Shown here piece after piece: positions 47,498 to 59,334 of a stretch of 64,000 bases of DNA. Positions within the stretch are counted from its first letter, which is position 1. Each line of letters begins with the position of its first letter. The translations under genes and the position numbers were made by a program. Origin of the DNA: Xylographa opegraphella (lineage: Eukaryota); contig JALDZX010000055.1 of NCBI GenBank assembly GCA_022813865.1, forward strand, positions 62,001 to 126,000, read 5' to 3'. Under the pieces are notes generated by a model. That model was given only the letters and a program-made list of their open reading frames with translations. It ran no database searches and was not told where the DNA came from.

Positions 47498-49696
47498 GGA
47501 CACATTCAGCGTTCAGTCAGTGGGGCCATGCTCGATGTACAGATATGGTTGCCGGAGGACGTGCACGGTCTGTCTGGTATTGTACCATGCTCGTGGACGA
47601 GGGAGTCAGAGCTCCAGATTGCGCGAATTGAGCTTTAGGAGTGGCGAAGTAGGAGAAAGGAGATTTGTTCTGCATCTTCTGTACCTAGGCTACCACACCT
47701 AACGATATGCCGTGAACCGGTTGAGTGCATGCTGCTTGCTAAGGTGCCACTGACTATGTTTAGTGCGTCTTGACCGCTATTTCGTAGTCTGGCAGGACCA
47801 GCATTACCGTCATTCAGACTTTGGTTCTGCTCATAGTCTCTGCTGCTATACAGCCGGATGCCGTTTCTCTACCCAGCTAAAATGGGAGGCCCACAGACTG
47901 ATATAGGCAGACTTTGAACTTTGGGTAGATAGTTCCAGTTGTGGCAGTAGAATTGCTCCTGTGATGGTCCGTGATCGGCCCAGTCTTTAGCCAGTGAAAG
48001 CCCTTCGTTTAGGACGGCATCTTTGATCCCGCTCCGCGTTCATTCCAGCCCGAACTGCCTTGCTGTACATCATGCCCCGCACTTGTTTTGTTTTCTTCTT
48101 CCTCAGCCGCAGCTTCAAACACAAGTGGTCTTTGGTTTGACTTTCCAGCTACCTCCTCACAGCTCCCTCGAGGCCAGCTCAGATGATGCCCAAGACTATT
48201 CTAGTCCTCGCCAGCTGGCCTTCGTGAAGCTTGCAAGCAGCCTCCGGCGTGACGATGGCGGTGTCGTCGACACGCCACGGAGAGCCGCCTCGTCCCTTGG
48301 CTGGCCAGCTCACGAACCCGCGATCGACGGGCCAGAGATGGGTTTTGACACGTACCATATGCAGCCCTCATGCAGGACCACCGCAACCACACTTCATCCT
48401 GGCTCCAACGGACATGCTATGAGTTGTTCGCAGGCACGGTGCATAAGGAGGCCATTGACCCTCGAGACTCGGCGCTCGGTTTGTGTGCGCCCACGATCCT
48501 AGCATTCTTCATTAGTGCAAGTTGGAATTCTTGGTGTGGCTTTCTGTTCAAGCGTTTCCGACACTCACTTGCGTTCCTTATATGCCAAAAACTCGACGCG
48601 ACTCGACTCGAGATATCATATACTCTGTACATATGACCGCGACTGTGAGGCGGGAAGCTGTCTGACCAGACACGATTTCGTCGCGGCACTTGTGTGGGCG
48701 CATTGACCACCCTCGACTTCACCGCTTAAGCTACGGAACAAAAGTCCACCAGAGCTCTCGATTATTGCACACCCACCACAAACAGCATGTTTACCACCTT
48801 TGCTAAGCGACTGCAACCCTAGCCACCATCTTGCACTGTACGCCCTTCAAGTGGGCGTGAGCACTCGCAACTCAATGGCCTGATCCGATTGGCACAGATG
48901 CGCAATTGACTGGCAATTGGATGTTGTGCGCGATCTTGTAATTATTGCATCTAGTCAGTTATCTAACTGCTCTACAGGCAGAGAATCCGCTACAACACCC
49001 GACATCAACAACCCCAGGCCCACCCACAAAAAGCGATCTCCATCGCTTCGAAATCACATCCTCGGGTCCTGTTTACACCTGACCTTGGTCACTATTTCCT
49101 TGATCGTCATCCAGAAGTTTTGCTACGAGATATTGAACAAGAATCGGGCTGCGGGGTGCTCGATAATGCTATTGTACAAAAGACAAGTGGATTTTTATTA
49201 CATGCTGAACACAAGTGGCGCGGACAACATTTTTGCAACCGGGGTTATTGAATTGTTTAAAAAAACAAAAACAAAATACCTGTGAATCGGGCTTCGTGGT
49301 ACGGCCTTAGCACACTAGTCGATCTCGAAACAACGTTTCATAAACATCATCTTTCGCAAGGTGGTTTGGTAGCATTTGGTGGTCGGCTTTTGCTGGGGAA
49401 CCGGGATAAAGCGCGCGGCAATCTGTAAGTACCCCGGTTATTCCAGGTTACCTTACGTTTCAACCATCCGCCTCGACCAGAAGCATGTGTCGAGAAGATG
49501 ATGTTGTGATGGCTTGGGAAACTATTTTGTCATATACTGCTTGTTGCTTTCCCATTTCGTTTTCTACAATCATCTCATGGTCAGGCCCTGATCGCCTCAA
49601 AACAAACTCACGATGGAAAGCTCGTCCTCTACAAGTCCTGAACTAATCTTTCCTTTGCGATATCAGGAGTTGGAAGATTTCTTTTTCACTGTTTTA

Positions 49697-50650
49697 ATGG
49701 CCACTGTCGATGTCGACCAAAAGTTTCTCGGACGCTCCGCAAAGCGAGCCGGCTACGATAATCCCTTCCTCTCCTCCATGCTCTACAAAGTCCTGGGGTT
49801 GTCCGTCATTTTGACGAAAAAGCTTGTGCGCGCGAGAAAGTTGCGTAGACTCGACACTACCAGAGACACCAAGTCACTGCAGCTGTATCACCATATCATC
49901 TGGCTGTCACGAGAATGCTTGGTGCTAGTTGAGCAGTACATTCTCCCGATGGTAGCGAGTCACGTGGAGTTAAAGGTACTCGCATACAAGCTCCGTGCCA
50001 GTCTCTATCACAATTTCGTTCTCTACCACAACCAGCCAAGTATCAATCGAACCGCTATACCCAGCTATACGGCAACATCCAATAAAGGGAAGGATCCGGA
50101 ACGAAGCTCTCTGAGGTCGTCACCCATATTCAACGATTCAGTGGAAGGTGGCCCCGTGCGCCAGCAAGGCAGTTTGCCGCCTGGCCTCACACGCATCTCC
50201 GTACCAAAACCATCGGCAAGCTTCCTCCTACCCGCGGTTGACTACATTCCCACTGCGTCCTCTTGCTTCACAATGGCCGCTGCTTTGGCGGATGAACTAC
50301 TGCCAGGATCACATCCATTACGTCTCTCCGTGAAACTGGAGTATGCGGCTTACCTCTACGACTGTCTTCATGATGGAGATGCATCACGAAGCTTAGCACG
50401 GCAGAGCATTCGGGATGTCTACGAAGCTGAGGAAGGGATGAACGATGACATGTTTGACGATGCTGCATTTTTGGTTGGTTACCTTGGGAAGATGATGAGG
50501 AGGGGCATGAGCGCGAGTGGGACATCTGGGAGCACACCTCGGAATGGAAGCGTAGCAGCACCGAGTACGCCACTGGTCAGAGACACACCCTATTCCGATA
50601 ATGGCATTCCGCCTGCGAGACCGAACCCGGGGACCCAGAACCAGATATGA
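49697..50650 (+). CDS. Divergent 14-3-3 domain protein
   Basis: ELKVLAYKLRASLYH, LPGSHPLRLSVKLEYAAYLYDCL and SRSLARQSI resemble 14-3-3 helices (YK.[27 protein letters not shown]). Start ATG 49697, or in-frame 49613. Confidence 0.78.
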   Translation: MATVDVDQKFLGRSAKRAGYDNPFLSSMLYKVLGLSVILTKKLVRARKLRRLDTTRDTKSLQLYHHIIWLSRECLVLVEQYILPMVASHVELKVLAYKLRASLYHNFVLYHNQPSINRTAIPSYTATSNKGKDPERSSLRSSPIFNDSVEGGPVRQQGSLPPGLTRISVPKPSASFLLPAVDYIPTASSCFTMAAALADELLPGSHPLRLSVKLEYAAYLYDCLHDGDASRSLARQSIRDVYEAEEGMNDDMFDDAAFLVGYLGKMMRRGMSASGTSGSTPRNGSVAAPSTPLVRDTPYSDNGIPPARPNPGTQNQI

Positions 50651-51163
50651 CGGCCTGCGTAAGCAAGTGCTCCGATAGAAAAGGATGATCTGCTGGTTGG
50701 TAACGGCAAGTCATCGCAAACGACGAACTACGAATGATGGGCCAAGGGTGAACCCTTGTCAAAAAGCGTTGCATTGTACGATGGAGGTCTGTACCATAAA
50801 AGTGCCTGCATTGTTGAGCGGATACCCTTCTTGTTGGTGGATAATTTCAATTTTTTGAGGATTGGCACCATGTAATAATTGAACAATTCGGACGCATTTG
50901 TATGCACCATTGCGCGAAACAACTCCTTGGTACACCACAAGGTGCTTTGATTCCACTTCGCAATAACACTCTCGTAAGCCGTAATCCTTTCGAAGCGCTT
51001 CCCACCCTCGCATGTATCAAGCCAAAAATAGCGGCGACGAAAGCCCAGCGGCTCCAAAACAGCCACACCACCTGTGGCTGGACACCGCTTTCCTCCTCCG
51101 CCCTCGTCCCTCCACCCAGCATGCAGACCGCCCTCGCCGCCGCCGCCGCCGTAGCTCGCAAGC

Positions 51164-51696
51164 ATGGCTTACCTCCCCAGGCCCAACGACTCCGACCCCG
51201 ACGCCCTCCTCTACGCCTGCTGGCGCATCCAAGACTGCGGCTCCTGCCTGCACTCCCCCCACCCCTGCAGCTGGTGCCCTGTTGTACGTTTCCCTTTCCC
51301 CCCTCCCCCCCCATTCTCCTCAACCACTCTCCACTAAACCCCCCACCCCCCCTTACACAGTCCTCCACCTGCGTCCCCAACCCCACCCCCTTCTTCCCGC
51401 TCCTCGCCCCGTGCGCCAACCCCGGTATCTGCCCGCTCTGGTTCGAGCGCTATGAGCTGCGCGCGCGCGGGCTGGGCTGTCATGTGAGCACGATTACTTT
51501 TTTGGCTTGTGTCGGGAGCGTGCTGGTGGTGGCGGGGCTGGGGGGGGTGGGGTACGGGGGGTGGAGGGTCGGGAGGTGGGGATGGAGGGTGTGGAGGCGG
51601 AGGGGGGAGGGGTGGTGGCGGGTTTGGAGGTGGAGGGTTGGGTGGGTGGATGTTAGGGAGGGGGAGGGGTGGGAGGGGAGGTGGTTGTTTGGGTAG
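51164..51696 (+). CDS. PSI (plexin-like) Cys-rich single-pass membrane protein; intron 51284-51360
   Basis: CWRIQDCGSCLHSPHPCSWCPV/SSTCVP..ICPLWFERYELRARGLGCHVSTITFL followed by a transmembrane helix. Confidence 0.72.
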
Positions 51697-52871
51697 GGTG
51701 GGGGATGGGGAGTTGGTTTACTTGGGCTTTGGTGAGGGGAGGGGAAGGGGTTGAGGGGGATTTGATCATAGAGGGCGAATACTTTGGGATGGTGAGACTG
51801 CAGGTACGAAGCGCGTTTGCACGAGTAAGGATTACCAGCCAGGGATTCCGTTGCCTCAGCTGATCCGCACCGGACGGGGTGGTTCCATGGAAGTCGATTC
51901 GGGTATTGGTGATACATCAGCTCCTAAGGTTTTTGACTGTGGCGGTTGAAGATTCTTTATATGTATTCCGAACATCACCGGTGAAATGAAGCGCCACCAG
52001 TGTAACCACTGACGCAGAAAAAGCAGGTGTACCAGGAGCGGGACATCTTGTCAAGGCTTGATGAGAACAAGTAATGGTTAAGGAGGGAGTTGCCAATTGG
52101 ATATAAGCCTAAGTTTCCCTTACACAGCCCCGGAGTGCTTTACGGTCACAGGAAGTTACATCCGTACGCTTTCCGTTTGCAATCCGAGACTTGGTGCTCG
52201 ATCCATTGAGAGCTCTTCTATTCAACGTGGATGTCGAAGACGAATCTTCTGAGTTGGGGACTGAAGTGTCGTGAGTCTGGTTAATTGAATTCGAGTACGA
52301 TTGTACGATATAAAGTACACATGAACAATTCACGAGCAAAGCGCGCTCGGGGCACAGAGATTTGACGAAATAAGTCCTTCGAAAAGGACGCCCTTATTAT
52401 ATATATATAGGATAGCAAACACCGGACAGGATCTTAGAGATCGATTTTGAAACAAGAAAGCAATAAGAACGATCGGTGAGCAAGAATATGTATGTCAAAA
52501 AGTAAAAGTATCTGTAGACCGAGTACAGGCATAACGCGAGCAAGGTATAGGGAGGTAGTAGACATCTCTCTAAAAGGAATTTTCCTCCATCAAACATGTA
52601 CTGTAGTATTCCCGGATAAGCCCCAAGTGGTCCTACGTCAGGTTACCTTTAGGTTATTGAGCTCAACAAGCCCAAAGCCTCGTGAAATCTTGGCACTTCC
52701 CCCCTGAGTGCTTCAGCCCTATCCCAAGTCCTAACAATCCCATTCTTAAATCCCCGAATAGTCGGCAAGGTAGACAGCCAAACCGCATCGTCCAGACGCA
52801 CCCTCCCCGATCCCTCAACCACTCTCCTTCAAGACCCATCACCGGGGCCTAACCCGCCCATCTCATCCACG

Positions 52872-53778
52872 ATGCGCCTCCCCACCCTTTCCGCCTTCGC
52901 ACTCCTCCTCGGCTCCGCCCTCGCGCATAACATCCAATTGGGCGCCCACTCGCGCGAGTGCTTCCACGAAGAACTACACAAAGATGATAAAATGACGGTG
53001 ACTTTCCAGGTCGCCGACCGCGAGTTCGGCGGCAGCGGCAACCTCGACATCGATTTCTTCGTACGTCACACTCTCTATCTCACTGCGCATTTCCCTCCAG
53101 GAGGGAAACCTCAAGCCCCCTCCCTCCCAAGTCCCGCCTTGCAAATACGTATTCTACGATCGATGAGGCCTAGGAAGGAGTCGCTGGCTAATTCCTTTTG
53201 CTTTTGGTGGGGGCGATGTAGATCCAAAACCCCTCGGGCGGCTACCAGGTACACACGCGCTCCGTCTCGTCGGGCGACCACTCCTTCGAGGCGCCCCTCG
53301 ACGGCAAGTACCTCTACTGCTTCAGCAACGAGCACTGGTCCGCCAGCAGCAAGGAGGTCTCCTTCAACGTGCACGGCATCATCTACGTCCCGGAGTCGGA
53401 CGCGCCGAGCGATCCGTTGGAGGCCGAAGGTACGTTTCCCCACAGCTGCACCACCAAATCACGGCTGCCCGGATCTGTTGGGGCACACGTTGAGCTGACG
53501 GGGCTATGGGTGCAACTACAGTGCGGCAGCTGAGCGAGCTGCTGGCGCAGGTCAAGGACGAGCAGTCGTATATCGTCGTCCGGGAGCGGACGCATCGCAA
53601 TACGGCCGAGAGCACGAACGGCAGGGTCAAGTGGTGGAGTATCTTCCAGCTGGGCGTGCTGATTGGGGAAGGAGTGTTTCAGGTGTGGTGGTTGAAGCGG
53701 TTCTTCGAGGTAAGAGTGTTTCGTGGAGACTATGGACAGCTGTGCTGATATGGGCGACAGGTCAAGCGTGTGGTTTAG
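52872..53778 (+). CDS. EMP24: p24 family cargo receptor (GOLD domain), 4 exons
   Basis: Signal peptide, HSRECFHEEL, YCFSNE, VSFNVHG, EQSYIVVRERTHRNTAESTNGRVKWWS, and C-terminal LKRFFE/VKRVV*. Confidence 0.95.
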
Positions 53779-54253
53779 AGGTGCTTGGGAGATTCGGAGC
53801 AGTATTGTAGGCTGGAGTTGCTAGATGGGGGGACACATGAAATTCCGTATACTTAAAAGCATATAGTGGCTGCGGAATGAGTTTTCTAACCCTGTACGTT
53901 GCTTTCGTCCAGAGCTTGGATCCTGCTAGAGGCATGGGTGTGATTGTATCAATAGCTAGGTAGTTTATGTCAATCAAGACGTCACAGACTCTGTTCGGCG
54001 ATGCGGATGTGCAAATGCCTCTTTTACAACTAGGGAGACGTGGGCCTGCAAGAATAGGGGTAGAACAGTAGTTTCGAAACAATATCATCATTGTGTTACC
54101 AGGCTTGCACCGTAACCCGGGGAGCATTAAACGACGAAGGAGCAAGTATTCAACGCGATTTCTCGAATACTCGGATTATAGGCTATATACATTTATTTCA
54201 TCAGTCGTCTAGAAGACCGCTTTTATAAGACATGCACACCTCGTCCGCCCATA

Positions 54254-55488
54254 CTAATAGTATGTCGCATAGCTCGAGTTGCCGTTGAGAACGTCCACGA
54301 AGTTCCTGGCAATGATTCTATCAGTTTGTTCCGAGGGATGGAGCTCATCGTAGAAGAGAAATGAGTCTGGGGAGCTTGGTTCGTAGTCGTAACATACGCT
54401 GCCGTTCATCGAGCAGTGATGTTGGAATCCAGTGACGTTGGCAGGAGCGGAGCCGTTGAGGTACACCGTTGGGTTCGTGAAGATGTCGTAGATCTACGGT
54501 GCATTAGTAAGATATGAAAGAAAAGGGGTGACGAAGGGCAATCTTACGAGGCTGTAGACATCGAAAAGGGCAAAGTTCGCACCGGGGTACCGGTTGGCAA
54601 GCATCACATCGTATGGGATCTGATACTTGAACACGTTGTCTACCGTGGTAGCGTATTCTTTCATTTGCTCAGAGATGGCGGTATGGTTGCTTCCCTTATC
54701 AGGCCAATAGTGATTTGGGCCCGCCTCTCCATAGGTATCGTTTGCATACAGTCGGGCCAGTTGGAGCGGGATGACGTTGTTCACGACGAAATATCGGGCC
54801 CCGGTGGCATATATTTCGTCCAATGCCTGGAAGACGCAGTCCGTGTAGTCGGTCAGGGTGTTGCCCGGGACTTGACTGTCGGTCAGGAAGGCATAGCTTC
54901 CGAGATCGTTGGTTCCAATCCACATGACATAGACGGCATTGTTGGCAGTCAACGCGGGGGTGAAGAGCGGCTTGCCAGTGGCGTTATTCGTGCTGTTGAG
55001 ATCAGCGATGAAAGCGGGGACCTCGTAGTCGATCACCGAAGGGAAATTGGCATTGATCGTCGACCAGATACGGGGAGTGATTTCGTTCGAGCACACCGCT
55101 CCACTGACGGCGTAGTTGTACAGAGTCATCTGAGGCTCGAATTGGTTGTTCACTTCCGAGCCCGTGTACTGGATCACATAGCGTGGCCAGGTCCGCCCAC
55201 CACCAGGTGTGCTAAAGCTCTGTACACATTTGTTCTTAGCTTGGGCATAAACCAGATTTGGAGAGGACAGTCGAGTACCTCTGGAAGCAAAGTCCCTGGC
55301 GGAGGGGCTGATCCGTTATGTGAACCGAAGTAACCCAGCCGGCTCTCATCGGTGTAGCTGTCCCCGAAGGTTATCAAGCTCGAGAAGCGCTCGACGACCC
55401 AGGCATCGCTCGCATTGGCTCGTTTGTGCAGACTCGAACACTCGATTGCGGTGCCCAGGAACAGCGCGGCAAGAAGAGAGGACCACAT
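54254..55488 (-). CDS. Secreted GDSL/SGNH esterase (CE16-like acetylesterase), 3 exons
   Basis: Signal peptide, block I FGDSYTDE, NYAVSGAVC, WIGTNDLG, and block V FYDELHPS. Confidence 0.9.
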
Positions 55489-56596
55489 CTCGAAATACAG
55501 CAGAAAGAGCAGCAGCGGGGGAAAGTGACGAGATGAGAGACTGCAGAAAGGCAGACGACAAGCGGTTCATTATATGCTAATGCATCCGGGGAAACGGAGA
55601 AGCAACGTCATCAGGTACAGCTCCAGCAGGTGTGCCGAAGCTCCTCTCCTCCTCCTCTCCAACGCCAGTATATCCGGCAATAAAGCTTAAGGTACATTTG
55701 GTGAAGAACATGGTTAAATGATACCTAGAGGTACCTTAGCTCCCCCCGGGACGACTAGTATGGAGAGCTGCAGGTATCTCGGTATCTTCCAGCGAGGCGG
55801 TCTGTCTCTCCACAGGACTCTGTTCAGCACGGAGGCCATCGAGTGGAAGCTCCGGCCGAAGCATCACAGCTATTCGGGACATTTCTCGTCGAAGCTCCCG
55901 CCGATGGTCAGGAACAGCCTTGGCGTGGACAGACGGTCGACTTCGACTTCGAGCAGGTTTAGCCGGAGACCGGCGAGGGGAAATCACGTCATAGCGTCAT
56001 GTTAAGGCTGGATGTGTGCGTGCCAAGAGAGCTTAGCGAGGTGGGGAAGGACCCCGCGAGATACCCGATGCAGACTAGCGAGAAGAGGTACAGCTCTACT
56101 CGATTCCTCACCTACCTACCTTACGTAGTACAAAAGAGTATTTCCCTCATCGTCCCACTCGCGTTATACTCGAGCCTTAAGGTATTCACGACTTCTCCAT
56201 GGCACGGCATCGTGATGGTGTCAATGCCACCTTCTGGCCCAGGATGGAACCCCAGATCCATGCTGTGCTTCAGCCAATCCTGTCCAATGACCAAACAGCA
56301 TTAGTCCGTCCCGAGCGCTGTAAATCCGAAACATGAAACATGACAGCCGGAGGAGGGAATGCAACGAGCCACGATGTCCGCTGCATCAAAACACATGCTC
56401 TCCAATGACAGTGAGCCATTCGTGCAGTAATGCCACCCCTTCATCCTATCATTTCCTCCTTGCACTACTTTGCTGTCAATTTCCCTCACTGATGCTGCAT
56501 TGTCCACTTCAGTGAACATGTCTGGTTACCCACAGCTCATATCGGACTCCGATCGCCATTGTCTTGGCTACCAAACTCTCAATACTACCGTATACG

Positions 56597-57446
56597 ATGT
56601 GGTTCGATCTCTTTGTCTGTGCAACGTTGGTATCCCTCGCGCGCCTCTCCTCGGCTCAAGTTTTCTCGAATCTCCCTTCATGTCTTCAGCATTGCGTTGA
56701 CAAGTATGATTCTCCATGCGGCAAAGCAGACATGAACTGTGAGTGTTCGAGCATTGGGGCGGCCCCGTCCGGCTGCGAGACTGACACGTCTAGGTCTATG
56801 CCGATTAGCTGGCGTAAGCTTCCTTACCAAAGTGGCCCAATGCTTCGAGAACTCTTGCGACGATACAGCAGATCTCGATTACCTTCTCACTGCTCTGGAG
56901 TCTGAGTGCCAGCTCTTGGGTAGCTCTATCCCAAGCGCCGTGATGGCAAGCGCGGAAGCTGTTGCCTCTGGTTCCAGTCCTTCGAGCGCGGGGACGGAGA
57001 CAGATAACGGCCCGGGAGCGTCCCTAGCAACCGCAATGGCATCTAGGACTACGCAGACTGTCACGATAACAGAAACAAACAGTTCGGGGCAAGTGACAGC
57101 CGTCGAGGTGCCTGAAGTCTTTGATGGGACGACAACTAGGATCGGTGACCTCTCGACCATGGGCTCGATGATGGTTAGTACTTCAGGAAGTCTGACGCTT
57201 GCCCCGCCAACATCGTTCGCTTTATCGGCCACATTCGCCGACACAACTCTGGAGCCGTCAAGCTTAGCTTCTTTGTCACTCGGCGCGTTGTCAACAGCAA
57301 GTACGAGTACGTCGAGTGCTGCCGCTGCGGCGCCAAGCGAAGGGAACGGCTCGCTCTTCACATCACAGAACGCCGCGAGGCAGGAAAGAGCCAGTGCACT
57401 CCTAGGGCTGACACTTGGCCTCGTGGCCGGAATTGTGTGGGTTTGA
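56597..57446 (+). CDS. CFEM-domain GPI-anchored cell-surface protein, 2 exons
   Basis: Signal peptide, LPSCLQHC..C...DMNC/LC......CFENSC......LESEC eight-Cys pattern, S/T-rich stalk and hydrophobic C-terminus. Confidence 0.85.
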
Positions 57447-57899
57447 GTCACTGGTTGTACAAAAAGGAGGGTACTCTTCGATGGGGCCGTACTGTAGACA
57501 AGGAATCTGATCAGATGAGCAACGATCCTGAATTTAGATACCCAATGATATCTTTCACTTCCAGTTCCTATTAGTTATCTTGCGTAAACGACGAAGACAA
57601 ATGTGGACAACAATTGATCGCAACACTTGTCATCGCCTTTGCTCCAGTCAACCGTGTTTAGTACCTATCAAGCAGCTAAATAGTGGGTCGACCATTCATC
57701 CGGCCGCGAGGGGCAGATCTCCCGATGTAGCCTCTTCTGCCCCGCATCACCATCCAGCAATTACGATATGGGCCAAACACCGGTAGGACGACCTCGCCGG
57801 CGCCAATCATGGGCGACCTTTGTTTTCGAGTGCGACCGGTGATGCAAGTCCTCGATTTTATGCTCACCAGCCAGAACTTGCCTCCCAACATTGGACAAC

Positions 57900-58803
57900 A
57901 TGTCTCAGCTGAAAGGAAACAAAGCGATCAGCATCCTGGATGCTGCGGCCAAGGGAAAGTATGGAGTGCCGGCAGTGGTCGTGGTGAGTTCTGGCGGTTG
58001 AATATTCCTTCTATCCTGATGTGCGTCCACAGTATAACATGGAGGCCATTATCGCCACCGTGCGAGCGGCGGAAGCCAAACGCTCGCCAGCGATGCTGCT
58101 GTTGTTCCCATGGGCTCAAACATACTCGTCCACATGCCTAGCTGCGCTTTGCGCACACGCTGCCCGAAGCGCCAAGGTGCCCATCACCCTACACCTGGAT
58201 CATGCCCAAGATCCGCAAGCCATCCGCGAGGCGGCTGACATGGGCTTCTACGACAGTATCATGGTGGACATGTCTCACCATGAGAAGGCGGACAATTTGC
58301 GGTTGACCAAGGAGCTGGTGGCGTACTGCCATGAGCGAGGTATCGCTACAGAAGCGGAGCCTGGTCGGATTGAGGGTGGAGAGGACGGAATCTCCGACAC
58401 AGCGGACCTCGCAGGTCTCCTCACATCCCCCGAAGAAGCACGCGAGTTCGTGGACACCGGCATCACCTGGCTTGCTCCCGCTTTCGGGAACGTGCATGGC
58501 AACTACGGCAGCCGGGGGATCCAGCTGGAATACGAACGGCTCGATGCTATCAACAAAGAGGTGGGAGACGAGACTCGGCTGGTGTTGCACGGGACCGACG
58601 GGTTTGACGAAGACATCTTCAAGCGTTGCATCCAGCATGGGATCACCAAGGTGAATGTCAACAAGTCCGTCAACCGCTGCTATATGGACATGCAGAAAGA
58701 GGGCAAGCTGGGCTTGACACAGTTGATCGAGCAAGGCACGAAAGCGATGCAGGAGAAGGTCGAGAACATAATGGACCAGCTTGGCTCCACTGGCAAAGCG
58801 TAG
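57900..58803 (+). CDS. Class II (Zn) ketose-bisphosphate aldolase, short type; intron about 57984-58032
   Basis: YGVPAVVV/YNME, ITLHLDH, SIMVDMS, EAEPGRIEGGEDG, AFGNVHG, LVLHG and KVNVN. Confidence 0.9.
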
Positions 58804-59183
58804 ATAATCATGCAACTTGGATGACTGCGCAATGGACCAAAGCTTGTTTGACTCCAGTCAGACATTGGCGTGTTCTTCGGAACAAGTGACTTGGGCATTA
58901 CCTCGCAAATACCCCACCGGAAGAGCCGGTTCATGTATATAGTGTAGATAGTGGGGTTACTGACCCCACCATCTACTCGTCTTCTTTCTCTTCATCCCAA
59001 CTCTCTATTCTCACAACTCCTTTCAGGCATCATATTTCTGTCCATCGGGTCAAAGAAACTGCCGTTCTTATTCACGTGTATCGTCCCATCCCCCAAGAAG
59101 ACCAACTTGAACGGTATGGCTGCCATGTTGGCATCAGCTGTCTTTCCGGGGGTCTTATTCCACGATCAAGGTATTTATCAAAT

Positions 59184-59274
59184 AGCATACGGGTGTTCAT
59201 TGCTGTTTCGGCAGCTTTGATCTGAGATTATACCGTTGAACTTGATCTGGATAATTCCAGCGAAAGGACTTGCT
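59184..59274 (+). promoter_or_regulatory. TPP (THI-box) riboswitch aptamer in the NMT1 5' UTR intron
   Basis: Consensus elements GGGTG..CTGAGA..ATACCG.TGAACTTGATCTGGATAATTCCAGCGAAAGGA. P3 hairpin gctg-tttcgg-cagc and P5 CTGGA/TCCAG. Located just upstream of the NMT1 start. Confidence 0.95.
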
Positions 59275-59334
59275 TCATCCTTCCCCTAACCCTCTCCGTT
59301 CAGACTAATGATCTAGCAGCAACGTGGAACAATC

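Noticed and set aside
48023..49285. ORFs in the gap upstream of the 14-3-3-like gene, and a possible long ncRNA such as telomerase RNA
   Set aside because: No protein motifs. The only template-like string (caaccctag) does not match TAACCCTAA, and the 9-bp inverted repeat at about 49237/49431 is within chance.
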